Source of the DNA: a virus
Direction: 5' to 3' (one strand)
IMG/VR virus record: IMGVR_UViG_3300022752_000021
Length of the DNA stretch: 64,000 nt
Below the pieces are notes generated by a model, which saw nothing but the letters and a program-made list of their open reading frames with translations, was not told the DNA's origin and did not search any database. Position 1 is the first letter of the stretch. Each line of letters starts with the position of its first letter. The translations under genes and the position numbers were made by a program. Below, piece by piece: positions 1 through 8,299 of this stretch.

Positions 1-1448
1 TCGAAGAACGAGAACGTCGTAAGATGTCGCAAGATGCGATGGGTGAGATCAATGAAAATGTTGATCTGATTCGCATACTACTTGAAAAGCATTTTGGTAA
101 AGCACCAACTGGCACACTTCCTATGTTGGGGTTGGCAGGAATGCCAAAGATACTATCACCTAATAAGGGTACAACACCTTATGAGTTAGCAGATGAATCA
201 GGTGGAGTAAATCTTGCTCAAGAAGAACAGCAGATAGAGCAACGGGAAGCAGACAAAGAAACACAACTTGAAGTTCAAGAAGAAAACCACGCATTCCTAG
301 AGAAACTGTTTGAAAAATACTTCGGTGTTGCTAAAACAAACGAAGATGAAGCACAAACAAAAGAAAATCAGAGTATGCTTGGAAGCATATTCAGCAAAAT
401 TGCTGGTGCTGTAGATTTTATTAGTGATGTAAAAACTCTTGGTGGAGCAAAACTTCTAAAGAAAATTCCTGGTGCTGCAAGGATTGGTCGTGTATTCGGT
501 TTGGGTGCAGCAGCGACAACTGGTGCAGCAGCGACAACTGGTGCAGCAGCGACAACTGGTGCGGCGGCTACAGGCGCGGCAACGACAACTGGTGCAGCAA
601 CGACAACTAGTGCGACGAAAGCGGGTGCAGCGGCTACAGGAGGAAAAGGATTCTTTGCAAGAATTGGCGGTTCTCTTGGCAAACTAACAGGTAGAGCAAT
701 CGGTGCAGTGAGAAACGCGGGAGCGGGTTTGATGAAAATGGGTATTGGACCATTGGCTAAAAGCATTTTCGCTTTCTTGGGACCGATACTGACAGGTGTT
801 TTTGGCGCAATGGATATTTCAAGCATAAAGCATGATTCGACACTATCTGATAAAGAAAAGAAAGAACAGATAGGACTCAAAATTGGTGGTATGATGACTT
901 CCATGGGCGCACAAATTGCAGCAGCATTGATGGCACCTGGTGCTGGAAATGTTATTGTTGGCGCACTTGATGCTTTTGGTGTGGGACCACAAGCATTGGG
1001 TGAATGGCTAACATCCATGCTTGGCGGTGAGAAACTTTACGATTTTGCATCAGCAATACCTGGAATTAGTTCCTTACTAGAACTTCCCAAGGGAGTAGAT
1101 AGGGAAGGAACTCCAACTATGGAGCCAACACAGCAGAATGTTCCATCTGCTGAAGAGTATAACAAGTTTGGTATGAATACTGGAATGGAAACTCCAGCAA
1201 TAACTCCAACACAAGTAGCCGCCGCAGTTCCGAACATCACGCCAACATCCGCTGCAACATTAGGTAATCTTCAGGTGGAAAGTTCTGCTTTGAAGTCTGC
1301 GCCTCAAATAATGCCACCTGTTGTTGTTCCAACAAACAATGCGGTTGTGAACAACACCAACAATGTATCTTGGATGTCATCATTGACAGCAACAAGATCT
1401 GGTGCCGATCTTGATGAGAAGGTGTTCAAACTTGGTCTTGCATTCTGA
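1..1448 (+). CDS. C-terminal part of a long Ala/Gly-rich virion protein, possibly tape-measure/baseplate-hub-like; 5' truncated
   Basis: Frame is open to the left edge (EERERRKM...); Ala/Gly-rich amphipathic segments, GAAATT repeats and a PVVVPTNNAVVNNTNN tail as seen in T4-like hub/tape proteins. Confidence 0.45.
   Translation, partial: EERERRKMSQDAMGEINENVDLIRILLEKHFGKAPTGTLPMLGLAGMPKILSPNKGTTPYELADESGGVNLAQEEQQIEQREADKETQLEVQEENHAFLEKLFEKYFGVAKTNEDEAQTKENQSMLGSIFSKIAGAVDFISDVKTLGGAKLLKKIPGAARIGRVFGLGAAATTGAAATTGAAATTGAAATGAATTTGAATTTSATKAGAAATGGKGFFARIGGSLGKLTGRAIGAVRNAGAGLMKMGIGPLAKSIFAFLGPILTGVFGAMDISSIKHDSTLSDKEKKEQIGLKIGGMMTSMGAQIAAALMAPGAGNVIVGALDAFGVGPQALGEWLTSMLGGEKLYDFASAIPGISSLLELPKGVDREGTPTMEPTQQNVPSAEEYNKFGMNTGMETPAITPTQVAAAVPNITPTSAATLGNLQVESSALKSAPQIMPPVVVPTNNAVVNNTNNVSWMSSLTATRSGADLDEKVFKLGLAF
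504..640 (+). repeat. In-frame 18-bp tandem repeat GGTGCAGCAGCGACAACT (GAAATT), 3 perfect copies plus degenerate copies
   Basis: Seen directly in the sequence. Confidence 0.9.
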
Positions 1449-1848
1449 GTTTGTTGAATAGTTTCATATCAAACTCATGGATGCCATCATCCATCGTGTA
1501 GAAGATCTTATCGAAACACTTCACACACCAAGGCATACACTTGGGACATGGGCGCGAGATACGCATCTGTCCGTGGCTATTGAAACGAAAGTTCCATAGT
1601 TCAAGACCTTCGCGTTTGTCGCACTTCAGGAATGCATCAAGTTCTGAATGCACTTCGCCAAAAAGATATCCGTGTTTGACTGCAAGAGGGTGTGTCTTGA
1701 AACGGTTGACACCAACAGCAAGGATTCGATTCTTGTGCAGAATGACGCTGCAATGCTTCTTCCTACGAGGAATCTCAAGGCACTTTGCATAGGCAAAGTC
1801 GATCAACTTGCGGTGTTTTTCGGGATCTATCATAATAAAGATCTTCAT
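1426..1848 (-). CDS. Zn-dependent cytidine/dCMP deaminase-family protein
   Basis: HSE (HxE) and RPCPKC (PCxxC) motifs; preceding ILAVGVN strand. Confidence 0.8.
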   Translation of the reverse strand: MKIFIMIDPEKHRKLIDFAYAKCLEIPRRKKHCSVILHKNRILAVGVNRFKTHPLAVKHGYLFGEVHSELDAFLKCDKREGLELWNFRFNSHGQMRISRPCPKCMPWCVKCFDKIFYTMDDGIHEFDMKLFNKLRMQDQV

Positions 1849-1911
1849 CCAATCCCGACACTCCTATTTATGGAGTTGTCAGAGATGCTTCTGAAAACAT
1901 TCTATTCGAAT

Positions 1912-2043
1912 TCAAAAGAATGTTATTGTTGCTTTTGCGAGTGCTGCGAGGATCAACATCGTGAAGGTAAATATCGCTAGTACCTTGGCAACACCTAGTG
2001 CTATCATTGTCGAGTCATCATCGTCTTCCTGTTTCATATTCAT
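1912..2043 (-). CDS. Small membrane protein (43 aa)
   Basis: GGAGG RBS; MNMKQEDDDDSTMIALGVAKVLAIFTFTMLILAALAKATITFF. Confidence 0.55.
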   Translation of the reverse strand: MNMKQEDDDDSTMIALGVAKVLAIFTFTMLILAALAKATITFF

Positions 2044-2271
2044 AACCATACCTCCATATAATGTATGGGTCAAGCAACACCACAAATCAAATCTTTGAAT
2101 GATTTGTTTCTGAATCTATTCGTGCGAGATAAAAACATTCTTTCTCTCACTTCCTTGACTTCCCCAAAGTAGACGTTACTCTTATGTCGATGAAGGTCAT
2201 GGTGTCCTTCGAAGCGCACTTGTTGAGGAAGGGAGTCCTCGACGTATAGATATAGGAAGATTGGTGGCTTT

Positions 2272-2538
2272 GTGAAGTTGTTCCGAATGCTCATAGATAC
2301 TGACTCCAACCCAGATGACGATGTCCCCATTGTCAAAGGAAAGGAGACTGGTATTATGGAGGAGAAGAACATGTTTGAAGGAGTTAGTGACTCTCGCAAG
2401 GAAGCAATGATCCACGATCTCATCCTAGTGGTGAAGTCGGCAATGACGAAAGTGAATGCAAGGGAACAACTTTGGTGCGACATCCTTGCTAAGACTGAAA
2501 ATGACATTCGCAGGGTCGTAAACGAAACGATCCGATGA
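2272..2538 (+). CDS. Hypothetical protein
   Basis: ORF in a co-oriented run; start uncertain. Confidence 0.5.
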   Translation: MKLFRMLIDTDSNPDDDVPIVKGKETGIMEEKNMFEGVSDSRKEAMIHDLILVVKSAMTKVNAREQLWCDILAKTENDIRRVVNETIR

Positions 2539-2549
2539 AGGAGTGAAAC

Positions 2550-2936
2550 ATGAAAATGGAATTCGATCACAAGTTCGTGGCAGCATTCAATACGTTTATG
2601 ACAAGTCTCAAGACGCTTGTCGAAACTTCGACCGCATCGGCTAGCACAGCAGACTACGAAGAAGGATACAAGTACATTCGCATCATTCTTGTTCGAACAG
2701 ATGCGGATGGTTCAAAAAAGAAGTCTGCGTGGGGATTCATCGACAAGCGAAGTGCCGACATTTTCCGCGCGGCAAGTTGGAAGGCTCCATGCCTCAATCA
2801 CATTCGCGGTAATCTTTACGACGATGACAATGGTCTGAAGCATTGCCATTGGACTGGTCCTGCGTACATATGGGCAATCAATGATTCCAAAAAGGAGGCA
2901 GTCGCGGCTCAACCCGCTCCCGAAGGAGGGATCTAA
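2550..2936 (+). CDS. Conserved T4-like phage hypothetical protein
   Basis: AAGGAG RBS; FIDKRSADIFRAASWKAP resembles a motif common in myovirus hypothetical proteins. Confidence 0.65.
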   Translation: MKMEFDHKFVAAFNTFMTSLKTLVETSTASASTADYEEGYKYIRIILVRTDADGSKKKSAWGFIDKRSADIFRAASWKAPCLNHIRGNLYDDDNGLKHCHWTGPAYIWAINDSKKEAVAAQPAPEGGI

Positions 2937-3205
2937 TGGGCTACAGACTGCACATCGACATTCCACTCAATCTCACCGAAGACGAGGCAATCAAGGACAG
3001 CCTTGCTATCATGTCTGCCATCGAAAACATTCTGTTGACGAACGTAAAAACTGAAGCCGATACTATCAACTATCGTCTTGGTCACGACGATGATCGTCAG
3101 AAGTCGAACTACCTCGACAAGAATGAGAATGGACACGTCAGCAACAAGAAGTCAAAGATTCTTGTGAAGAGAGAGTTGACAGCATCCGAAGGCACGATAG
3201 AGTAA
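2936..3205 (+). CDS. Hypothetical protein
   Basis: TAATG stop/start coupling, GGAGG RBS. Confidence 0.6.
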   Translation: MGYRLHIDIPLNLTEDEAIKDSLAIMSAIENILLTNVKTEADTINYRLGHDDDRQKSNYLDKNENGHVSNKKSKILVKRELTASEGTIE

Positions 3206-3616
3206 TCATGAGAGCGAAAGAAGACCATGATCAAACTCCCAGTGACAGTTGGGACAAAGCCCAACAATGTTCTTGGGATCATTAATTTCAGAAATAGTAG
3301 CGGTTTCAGGAAAGGCTTTGACGGGTTTGATATGACACATTTCGACATGCTTATCATAACCGCAGTTTTGGCATTTGGTTATGATTCCTTCGAATGCGTC
3401 TCTTGCATGATAGCGGATTTTGGCGTAACGATTGGATACATGACCTCTCTGATAAGTTGATTCTCCTTTGGTGGTGTTTAAACATGATTCTTTCAACTCT
3501 TTCTTGTTCAACTCCCCACAGGGCTTGCAATACTTGCGCCCCGATCCACACCACGCACCACACCGTTTGCACATAATCTTTCTTCTGTATTCTCTGTTAG
3601 TAGTTCGATTTGACAT
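3206..3616 (-). CDS. HNH homing endonuclease (paralog 1)
   Basis: CQNCGYDKHVEMCHIKP...NIVGLCPNCHWEFDH; N-terminal CxxC pairs; GAGGAGG RBS. Confidence 0.85.
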   Translation of the reverse strand: MSNRTTNREYRRKIMCKRCGAWCGSGRKYCKPCGELNKKELKESCLNTTKGESTYQRGHVSNRYAKIRYHARDAFEGIITKCQNCGYDKHVEMCHIKPVKAFPETATISEINDPKNIVGLCPNCHWEFDHGLLSLS

Positions 3617-3664
3617 ATGAATCCCTCCTCAACTTATATATAAAACTGTTGGGATTCAAACAAC

Positions 3665-3735
3665 GCGCTGAGGGCGGACAGTTTCGCAGGCTCGCTTATA
3701 ACGAGTTCAAGCCAGGGCAGCACTGGATCGGCGTA
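3665..3735 (+). tRNA. tRNA-Ile(UAU)-like gene with non-canonical T-loop
   Basis: Acceptor GCGCTGA/TCGGCGT, D-stem GCG/CGC, anticodon arm GCTCG-CTTATAA-CGAGT, T-arm CCAG-GGCAGCA-CTGG. Confidence 0.65.
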
Positions 3736-3810
3736 TTTCTCAAACAGGCTCTTCGCACATGAGTCGCTGCGACAGAAGCCAAACAATCGCGACTCACAGG
3801 AGATTTTGCA

Positions 3811-4134
3811 ATGTTCGGACTTAGCAATAACAGTGTGTTCAAGTATGTCGGTGTTCTCTCTGCTCTCGTCTTCGTGTGGTTCACGTTCCTCTCACCAGAG
3901 AGCGCAAATGCAGCACAGAAGGCAAACTACGGTTTGATTGCCCTGTTTGCATCTCTTGCACTTTACTACTACTCGCAATTCACTCGCGAGCGTTCATTCC
4001 AAGAGAATGACAGTGTGTATCGTCGCATTGATGATGTTGAGCGTGAGTTCAACCTTCGCATCAATGAAGTTGAGCGTGAAGTCAACGAATGTGTTGATAG
4101 CAAGTGCGCTGATTCTTGCAAGCGCGGTCGCTGA
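3811..4134 (+). CDS. Membrane protein with 2 TM segments and a coiled-coil tail
   Basis: AGGAG RBS; two hydrophobic stretches. Confidence 0.65.
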   Translation: MFGLSNNSVFKYVGVLSALVFVWFTFLSPESANAAQKANYGLIALFASLALYYYSQFTRERSFQENDSVYRRIDDVEREFNLRINEVEREVNECVDSKCADSCKRGR

Positions 4135-4204
4135 TGATTGATGGTGTCCGTCTACCATGAGTGGCGGCAGAGGGTTCGCGCATTCTGCGAATAACGCGAT
4201 TTCG

Positions 4205-4696
4205 TTAGTGGTCTAGTTCCCAGTGACAATTCGGACAAAGAAATGCAATGTTTTTTCTGGAGTTGATCTCTGAAAGCAGAGTATCATCGCTAAAGGATGA
4301 TATTGGTTTTACATGACATAACTCCGTGTGTTTGTCATAGCCGCATTTTTCACAACAATCAGTTTTCCAACCAAACATAGTTGCAAGTCTTTTTCCGTGT
4401 TGCCTTATTTTTTCATATCGGTGCTTTGAGGCATAACTTGAAGAACTACCAACCGAATCTTTTTTTGTTGTCTTGTTTCCGTAGTCAACACAACGACTCT
4501 GTATAGAGCAAGACTTGCAATGTTTAGGTTTGTCAGACTTTTTTCTTCGTGAACACTTTTTACCACATATCACACACTTGTTTTGTGGTTCGGTGCTTCT
4601 TTTTGGAAAAACTTTATTGTTGTGTTTTGCCGCGCAAGATTTTGAGCAAAATTTAGGATTGTTTGTATGTTGTTGGCAGTTTAGACAAAGATTCAT
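4205..4696 (-). CDS. HNH homing endonuclease (paralog 2)
   Basis: KFCSKSCAA zinc finger; CEKCGYDKHTELCHVKP...LCPNCHWELDH; start set at MNLCLNC. Confidence 0.85.
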   Translation of the reverse strand: MNLCLNCQQHTNNPKFCSKSCAAKHNNKVFPKRSTEPQNKCVICGKKCSRRKKSDKPKHCKSCSIQSRCVDYGNKTTKKDSVGSSSSYASKHRYEKIRQHGKRLATMFGWKTDCCEKCGYDKHTELCHVKPISSFSDDTLLSEINSRKNIAFLCPNCHWELDH

Positions 4697-4706
4697 GTTT
4701 TCCCCC

Positions 4707-4777
4707 GTGAGTATGATGTAACGGCAACATGCCACTCTTCCAAAGTGGCTTTACGGGTTCGAATCCCGTTACTCACA
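4707..4777 (+). tRNA. tRNA-Gly(UCC)
   Basis: Canonical cloverleaf; CCACT-CTTCCAA-AGTGG; TTCGAAT T-loop. Confidence 0.92.
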
Positions 4778-4799
4778 TTATATATAATAAGTTGGTAGA

Positions 4800-4822
4800 G
4801 GGTTCGAATCCCGTTACCCGCT
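4800..4822 (+). pseudogene. Orphan 3' fragment of a tRNA-Gly-like gene
   Basis: GGGTTCGAATCCCGTTACCCGCT duplicates the T-arm and acceptor 3' strand of the upstream tRNA-Gly, with no 5' half. Confidence 0.65.
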
Positions 4823-4826
4823 TTTT

Positions 4827-4916
4827 GGACAGATGGCAGAGTGGTCTAATGCTGCGGTTTACTAAACCGCCGATGGTTCTAGAAACCATCCGAGGGTTCG
4901 AATCCTTCTCTGTCCG
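4827..4916 (+). tRNA. tRNA-Ser with ACU anticodon
   Basis: Ser-type body (long variable arm, G73); GCGGT-TTACTAA-ACCGC. Confidence 0.88.
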
Positions 4917-4917
4917 T

Positions 4918-4988
4918 TGTCCGATTGTGTAACGGTAGCACAAGAGATTCTGGTTCTCTTTGTCCTAGTTCGAATCTAGGTCGGACAA
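4918..4988 (+). tRNA. tRNA-Gln(CUG)
   Basis: AGAGA-TTCTGGT-TCTCT; canonical cloverleaf. Confidence 0.92.
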
Positions 4989-4991
4989 TTT

Positions 4992-5073
<82 letters not shown>

Positions 5074-5078
5074 CTCAA

Positions 5079-5150
5079 GCCGCCATAGTATAAAGGCTAT
5101 TACCGTTGATTTGTAATCATCAAATCTGAGTTCGATTCTCAGTGGTGGCT
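5079..5150 (+). tRNA. tRNA-Thr(UGU)
   Basis: TTTGTAA anticodon loop; GCCGCCA/TGGTGGC acceptor. Confidence 0.88.
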
Positions 5151-5153
5151 TTC

Positions 5154-5227
5154 GGTCCTATCGTCTAGTTGGTCTAGGACAGGACACTTTCAATGTCCCA
5201 ACTGGGGTTCGAATCCCCATAGGATCA
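5154..5227 (+). tRNA. tRNA-Glu(UUC)
   Basis: GGACA-CTTTCAA-TGTCC. Confidence 0.92.
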
Positions 5228-5234
5228 TTCTTCC

Positions 5235-5597
5235 ATGCCATGTTATGCAATCTCAATCCGTGAAGACAAGGAACACCTCCTGAGAGATGGGGGTGGTTTC
5301 TTGTTCTTCAAGAAAAAGAATCTCGCAATTCAAATGTGTGATTCAATGAATGCACTTCGTAAATCTATGAAGATTGATCAAGTGTATTCGATATGCAAGA
5401 TAGATGAAAAAGATTGGAAAGGCTTTCCAGTAATCTACGATCAGGAGTACGAAGATGACGCTACCGAGCGAGATGTTTCAGGCTATGCGAAACGCACGGC
5501 ACTTCATGCTGGCGTTGATGGATCCGAAGGAAACTCCAAAGGTTCCAAGAGAAATAAGAAAGCGAGCGAGGGATCGACTCAAGCACTTCCCTTCTGA
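5235..5597 (+). CDS. Hypothetical protein (3' part overlaps the next gene)
   Basis: ORF only. Confidence 0.4.
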   Translation: MPCYAISIREDKEHLLRDGGGFLFFKKKNLAIQMCDSMNALRKSMKIDQVYSICKIDEKDWKGFPVIYDQEYEDDATERDVSGYAKRTALHAGVDGSEGNSKGSKRNKKASEGSTQALPF

Positions 5598-5778
5598 ATA
5601 CGAAATCACCGAATTGGAAAAGATGTATTCATTCAAAGACAAGGATCCAAACATTCTTCTCAATGAGTGCATGAAGCGTCTTGACTCCATTCGCGGAGAA
5701 CTTACCATAGTGAACAAGAAGGTTGGTGATGTCGGCAACGGCATCGTTGAAGTAATTCAAAACTCAAGGAGTCAATGA
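5455..5778 (+). CDS. Conserved phage hypothetical protein
   Basis: TPKVPREIRKRARDRLKHFP motif; AGGAG RBS. Confidence 0.65.
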   Translation: MTLPSEMFQAMRNARHFMLALMDPKETPKVPREIRKRARDRLKHFPSEYEITELEKMYSFKDKDPNILLNECMKRLDSIRGELTIVNKKVGDVGNGIVEVIQNSRSQ

Positions 5779-5779
5779 G

Positions 5780-6034
5780 ATGCCAAACAGTAAAGCAAAG
5801 AGTGTTGCGAGAAAGCATCGCAAAGCACGAAACCGTTGGAAGACCAAGAACCGTGAGAGTCTCACCCATGCAAAGGTGAAATCTCCACCAAAGAAGAAGC
5901 AATCTGTTTTTGAGCGAGCGAAAACATCCCCTCTGGCGGGGGCTTCCCCGTCAGCCGTATCTAACCCGTCAGAGGGGACTCCTCGCACCGCGTCAACGAT
6001 GTTGTTCACTGAACTCAAAGCAAAGGGTGGATGA
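5780..6034 (+). CDS. Basic hypothetical protein
   Basis: AAGGAG RBS; ATGA coupling to the next gene. Confidence 0.55.
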   Translation: MPNSKAKSVARKHRKARNRWKTKNRESLTHAKVKSPPKKKQSVFERAKTSPLAGASPSAVSNPSEGTPRTASTMLFTELKAKGG

Positions 6035-6300
6035 AAATGGAAAAAACACAAATTGTCGAATCACTCCATCAAGGTGTTTGTGAAGTGGTGTTTACAAAAC
6101 AAGACGGCACGGAGCGTACACTTCGATGTACGCGATCTGCAAGCATTGCACCAATCACCAACACTAAAACCCTCCTCAATGAGGAGGGTGGTGGTCCAGA
6201 TGTGATCCCTGTGTGGGACATGGATTCTGCACAATGGCGATCATTCAATATGAACACCATCAAGTCATTCCGCAAGATTGGAACTACTTTGAATGGTTAA
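6031..6300 (+). CDS. WYL-like/SH3-fold small protein of T4-like phages
   Basis: VVFTKQDGTERTLRCT...VWDMDSAQWRSF. Confidence 0.75.
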   Translation: MKMEKTQIVESLHQGVCEVVFTKQDGTERTLRCTRSASIAPITNTKTLLNEEGGGPDVIPVWDMDSAQWRSFNMNTIKSFRKIGTTLNG

Positions 6301-6311
6301 GTGAAAACACC

Positions 6312-6385
6312 GCCCCTCTAACTCAATTGGCAAGAGTAGCGGTCTTTTAAACCGCATTGTCTGGGTTCAAGTCCCAGGGGGGGCA
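6312..6385 (+). tRNA. tRNA-Lys(UUU)
   Basis: GCGGT-CTTTTAA-ACCGC. Confidence 0.92.
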
Positions 6386-6450
6386 TTGATGTGTGAATTT
6401 GGCGCGGTAGACTTTCTCGGATTCATAAATAAGCATGGAGGTTTGAATCC

Positions 6451-6813
6451 ATGCCATATAAAGATCCAGAACAAAAGAAGAAACATCGAAAAGCATACTA
6501 TGAACGGACAAAGGCGCAAGCACACGAATACTACCTAGAAAACAAACTCAAGTTTCGTGATAGAAATCGTGTGGCTAGAAGAAGAAATACCGAATTTGTC
6601 AATGAATACAAAGTAAAACACGGGTGTAGTAAATGCGGATACAAAGCCCATGCTTGTGGCATAGACTTTCATCACACGGAAAAGAAGAAAGAGAATGTAG
6701 CAAGAATGGCAAAATCATGCCTTTCGATAGAAAGTCTTTTGGGGGAGATGTCGAAATGTATTTTACTGTGTGCTACTTGTCACAGAGAAGAACATTACGC
6801 ACATAAATCGTAG
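6451..6813 (+). CDS. HNH endonuclease (distinct subfamily) between tRNA-Lys and tRNA-Leu
   Basis: CSKCG...DFHH...KCILLCATCHREEH; CATAAATA late promoter and GGAGG upstream. Confidence 0.8.
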   Translation: MPYKDPEQKKKHRKAYYERTKAQAHEYYLENKLKFRDRNRVARRRNTEFVNEYKVKHGCSKCGYKAHACGIDFHHTEKKKENVARMAKSCLSIESLLGEMSKCILLCATCHREEHYAHKS

Positions 6814-6821
6814 AAAACTTC

Positions 6822-6904
6822 GCCAGCGTGGTGGAATGGCTTACACGGTTCACTCAAAATGAACTGATCGATAGATCATGCAGGTTCGAATCCTGTCGCT
6901 GGTA
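6822..6904 (+). tRNA. tRNA-Leu(CAA)
   Basis: GTTCA-CTCAAAA-TGAAC; long variable arm. Confidence 0.92.
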
Positions 6905-6906
6905 TT

Positions 6907-7170
6907 ATGAACAGAGAACGCTACATCGAACTAGAACGCACAGGTCAAGGACTAACCAAGGAAGAGTGGGAGCAGGGTTGGCATTGGTGCAACGAATGGG
7001 ATGGAATGCTTGTCGGTCCCAACACCGACGAAGCACTTGTCTGTTCTTGCAACCATCCTGCCATCGAAGCATGGAAGGAATCGGAAGAAGGTAAGAAGAT
7101 GCAGAAGGAACTTGACGAGCGATTCGAAAAACTCACCGAGAAAAACTTCTTGATGGAGGACGGCAAGTGA
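6907..7170 (+). CDS. Hypothetical protein
   Basis: GWHWCNEWDGMLV motif; GTGA coupling. Confidence 0.6.
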   Translation: MNRERYIELERTGQGLTKEEWEQGWHWCNEWDGMLVGPNTDEALVCSCNHPAIEAWKESEEGKKMQKELDERFEKLTEKNFLMEDGK

Positions 7171-7541
7171 GCGACAAGAACTACGAACCAACCTATGAAG
7201 GTCAACTGGACAAGTGCCAAGACGAAAGACACGCACTGCAAATGCAACTTGAGGAATATCAGGAGTGCTTTGCAAATCTCCACAAGGAACACCATGAGTT
7301 GTGGGATGATTTTGAGCGTGTCACGAAGGAACGGGATGAGGCTCGTAGGAGAATCTGCGAAACCACCGACATGACCAACCCCAACGATGACTGCTATGTG
7401 CGATTGACTCCGAAGCAGATTGCAGAGCATTATGGTTGGGATTGCTACAAGAAGCCATATTGCTTTCGTGTAAACGGCGTTGTCGTTTCTAAGGGCAAGG
7501 CAGTCCCACCTAAGTTTGAACTTGGAGAGGATGACGAATGA
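7167..7541 (+). CDS. ERDxARR/GWDC family paralog
   Basis: ERDEARRRIC...YGWDCYK. Confidence 0.7.
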   Translation: MSDKNYEPTYEGQLDKCQDERHALQMQLEEYQECFANLHKEHHELWDDFERVTKERDEARRRICETTDMTNPNDDCYVRLTPKQIAEHYGWDCYKKPYCFRVNGVVVSKGKAVPPKFELGEDDE

Positions 7542-7789
7542 GCGATGATATTGTGGCACGGTTGCGCTACTACACACAGGTAGATACGACAAGTCCTGTC
7601 TTTATAGTCAATGCCGATCTTCTCAAAGCCGCCGACGAGATCGAACGACTTCGCGCGGAACGCGACGAAGCGAGGCGCGAAGTGTGTCAAATGAAAGGAA
7701 CCGTCAGGTGGAATCATTATTTTCCACACTTTGATCCGAAGGGTTATGCGGAGAATCGCGGGTGGGATTGCCACAAGGATTACAAGTGA
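7538..7789 (+). CDS. ERDxARR/GWDC family paralog
   Basis: AADEIERLRAERDEARREVC...RGWDCHK. Confidence 0.7.
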   Translation: MSDDIVARLRYYTQVDTTSPVFIVNADLLKAADEIERLRAERDEARREVCQMKGTVRWNHYFPHFDPKGYAENRGWDCHKDYK

Positions 7790-8112
7790 ACTACGACAAT
7801 GTGACCAACGACAAGTATCTTGGCGAATACTTGGACATTCATCGTGCATTCGGCAGACCCAAGATCGTTGATGAGATGATCCAATCACGATTCGATTACG
7901 ATCCTTTCTTGCGGGATGCAATCTATACCGCTGCATTGCAGATCGAAAAAGTTTGGAAAGAGGAAGAAGTTCGCGAGTTCGTGCTGCGTATGTCGTGGCA
8001 CATCATGCACCTTGAGGAAACACTCAAGCGAAACAACATCACCCACGAACCATACCGAAGTTACTACAACATGCCAAATGAAGAGGAAGCACATAATGAA
8101 ACCAAAGATTAG
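7786..8112 (+). CDS. Hypothetical protein
   Basis: GTG start in CAAGTGA overlap. Confidence 0.55.
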   Translation: MNYDNVTNDKYLGEYLDIHRAFGRPKIVDEMIQSRFDYDPFLRDAIYTAALQIEKVWKEEEVREFVLRMSWHIMHLEETLKRNNITHEPYRSYYNMPNEEEAHNETKD

Positions 8113-8299
8113 ACATACTCTTTATGTTGTGACCATAACAATTCTCACAACAACACTTTTTATGGTGAAGTGTCAAGGGAATTTGTGGGCGCATCAGATT
8201 CGTCCCATTCCCACAGAATCCGAAAAAGTGCGTCCACCAGGAGAAGGTGTCAAACTTGGAACAGGAAAGAATATGCATTACAGGATGAACACACAATGA
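8096..8299 (+). CDS. Small membrane protein
   Basis: GAGGA RBS; one hydrophobic segment. Confidence 0.45.
   Translation: MKPKIRHTLYVVTITILTTTLFMVKCQGNLWAHQIRPIPTESEKVRPPGEGVKLGTGKNMHYRMNTQ

Noticed and set aside
6390-6455. tRNA-Met-like look (TTCATAA...GGTTTGAATCC)
   Set aside because: No consistent stems; better explained as a CATAAATA promoter plus GGAGG RBS of the HNH gene
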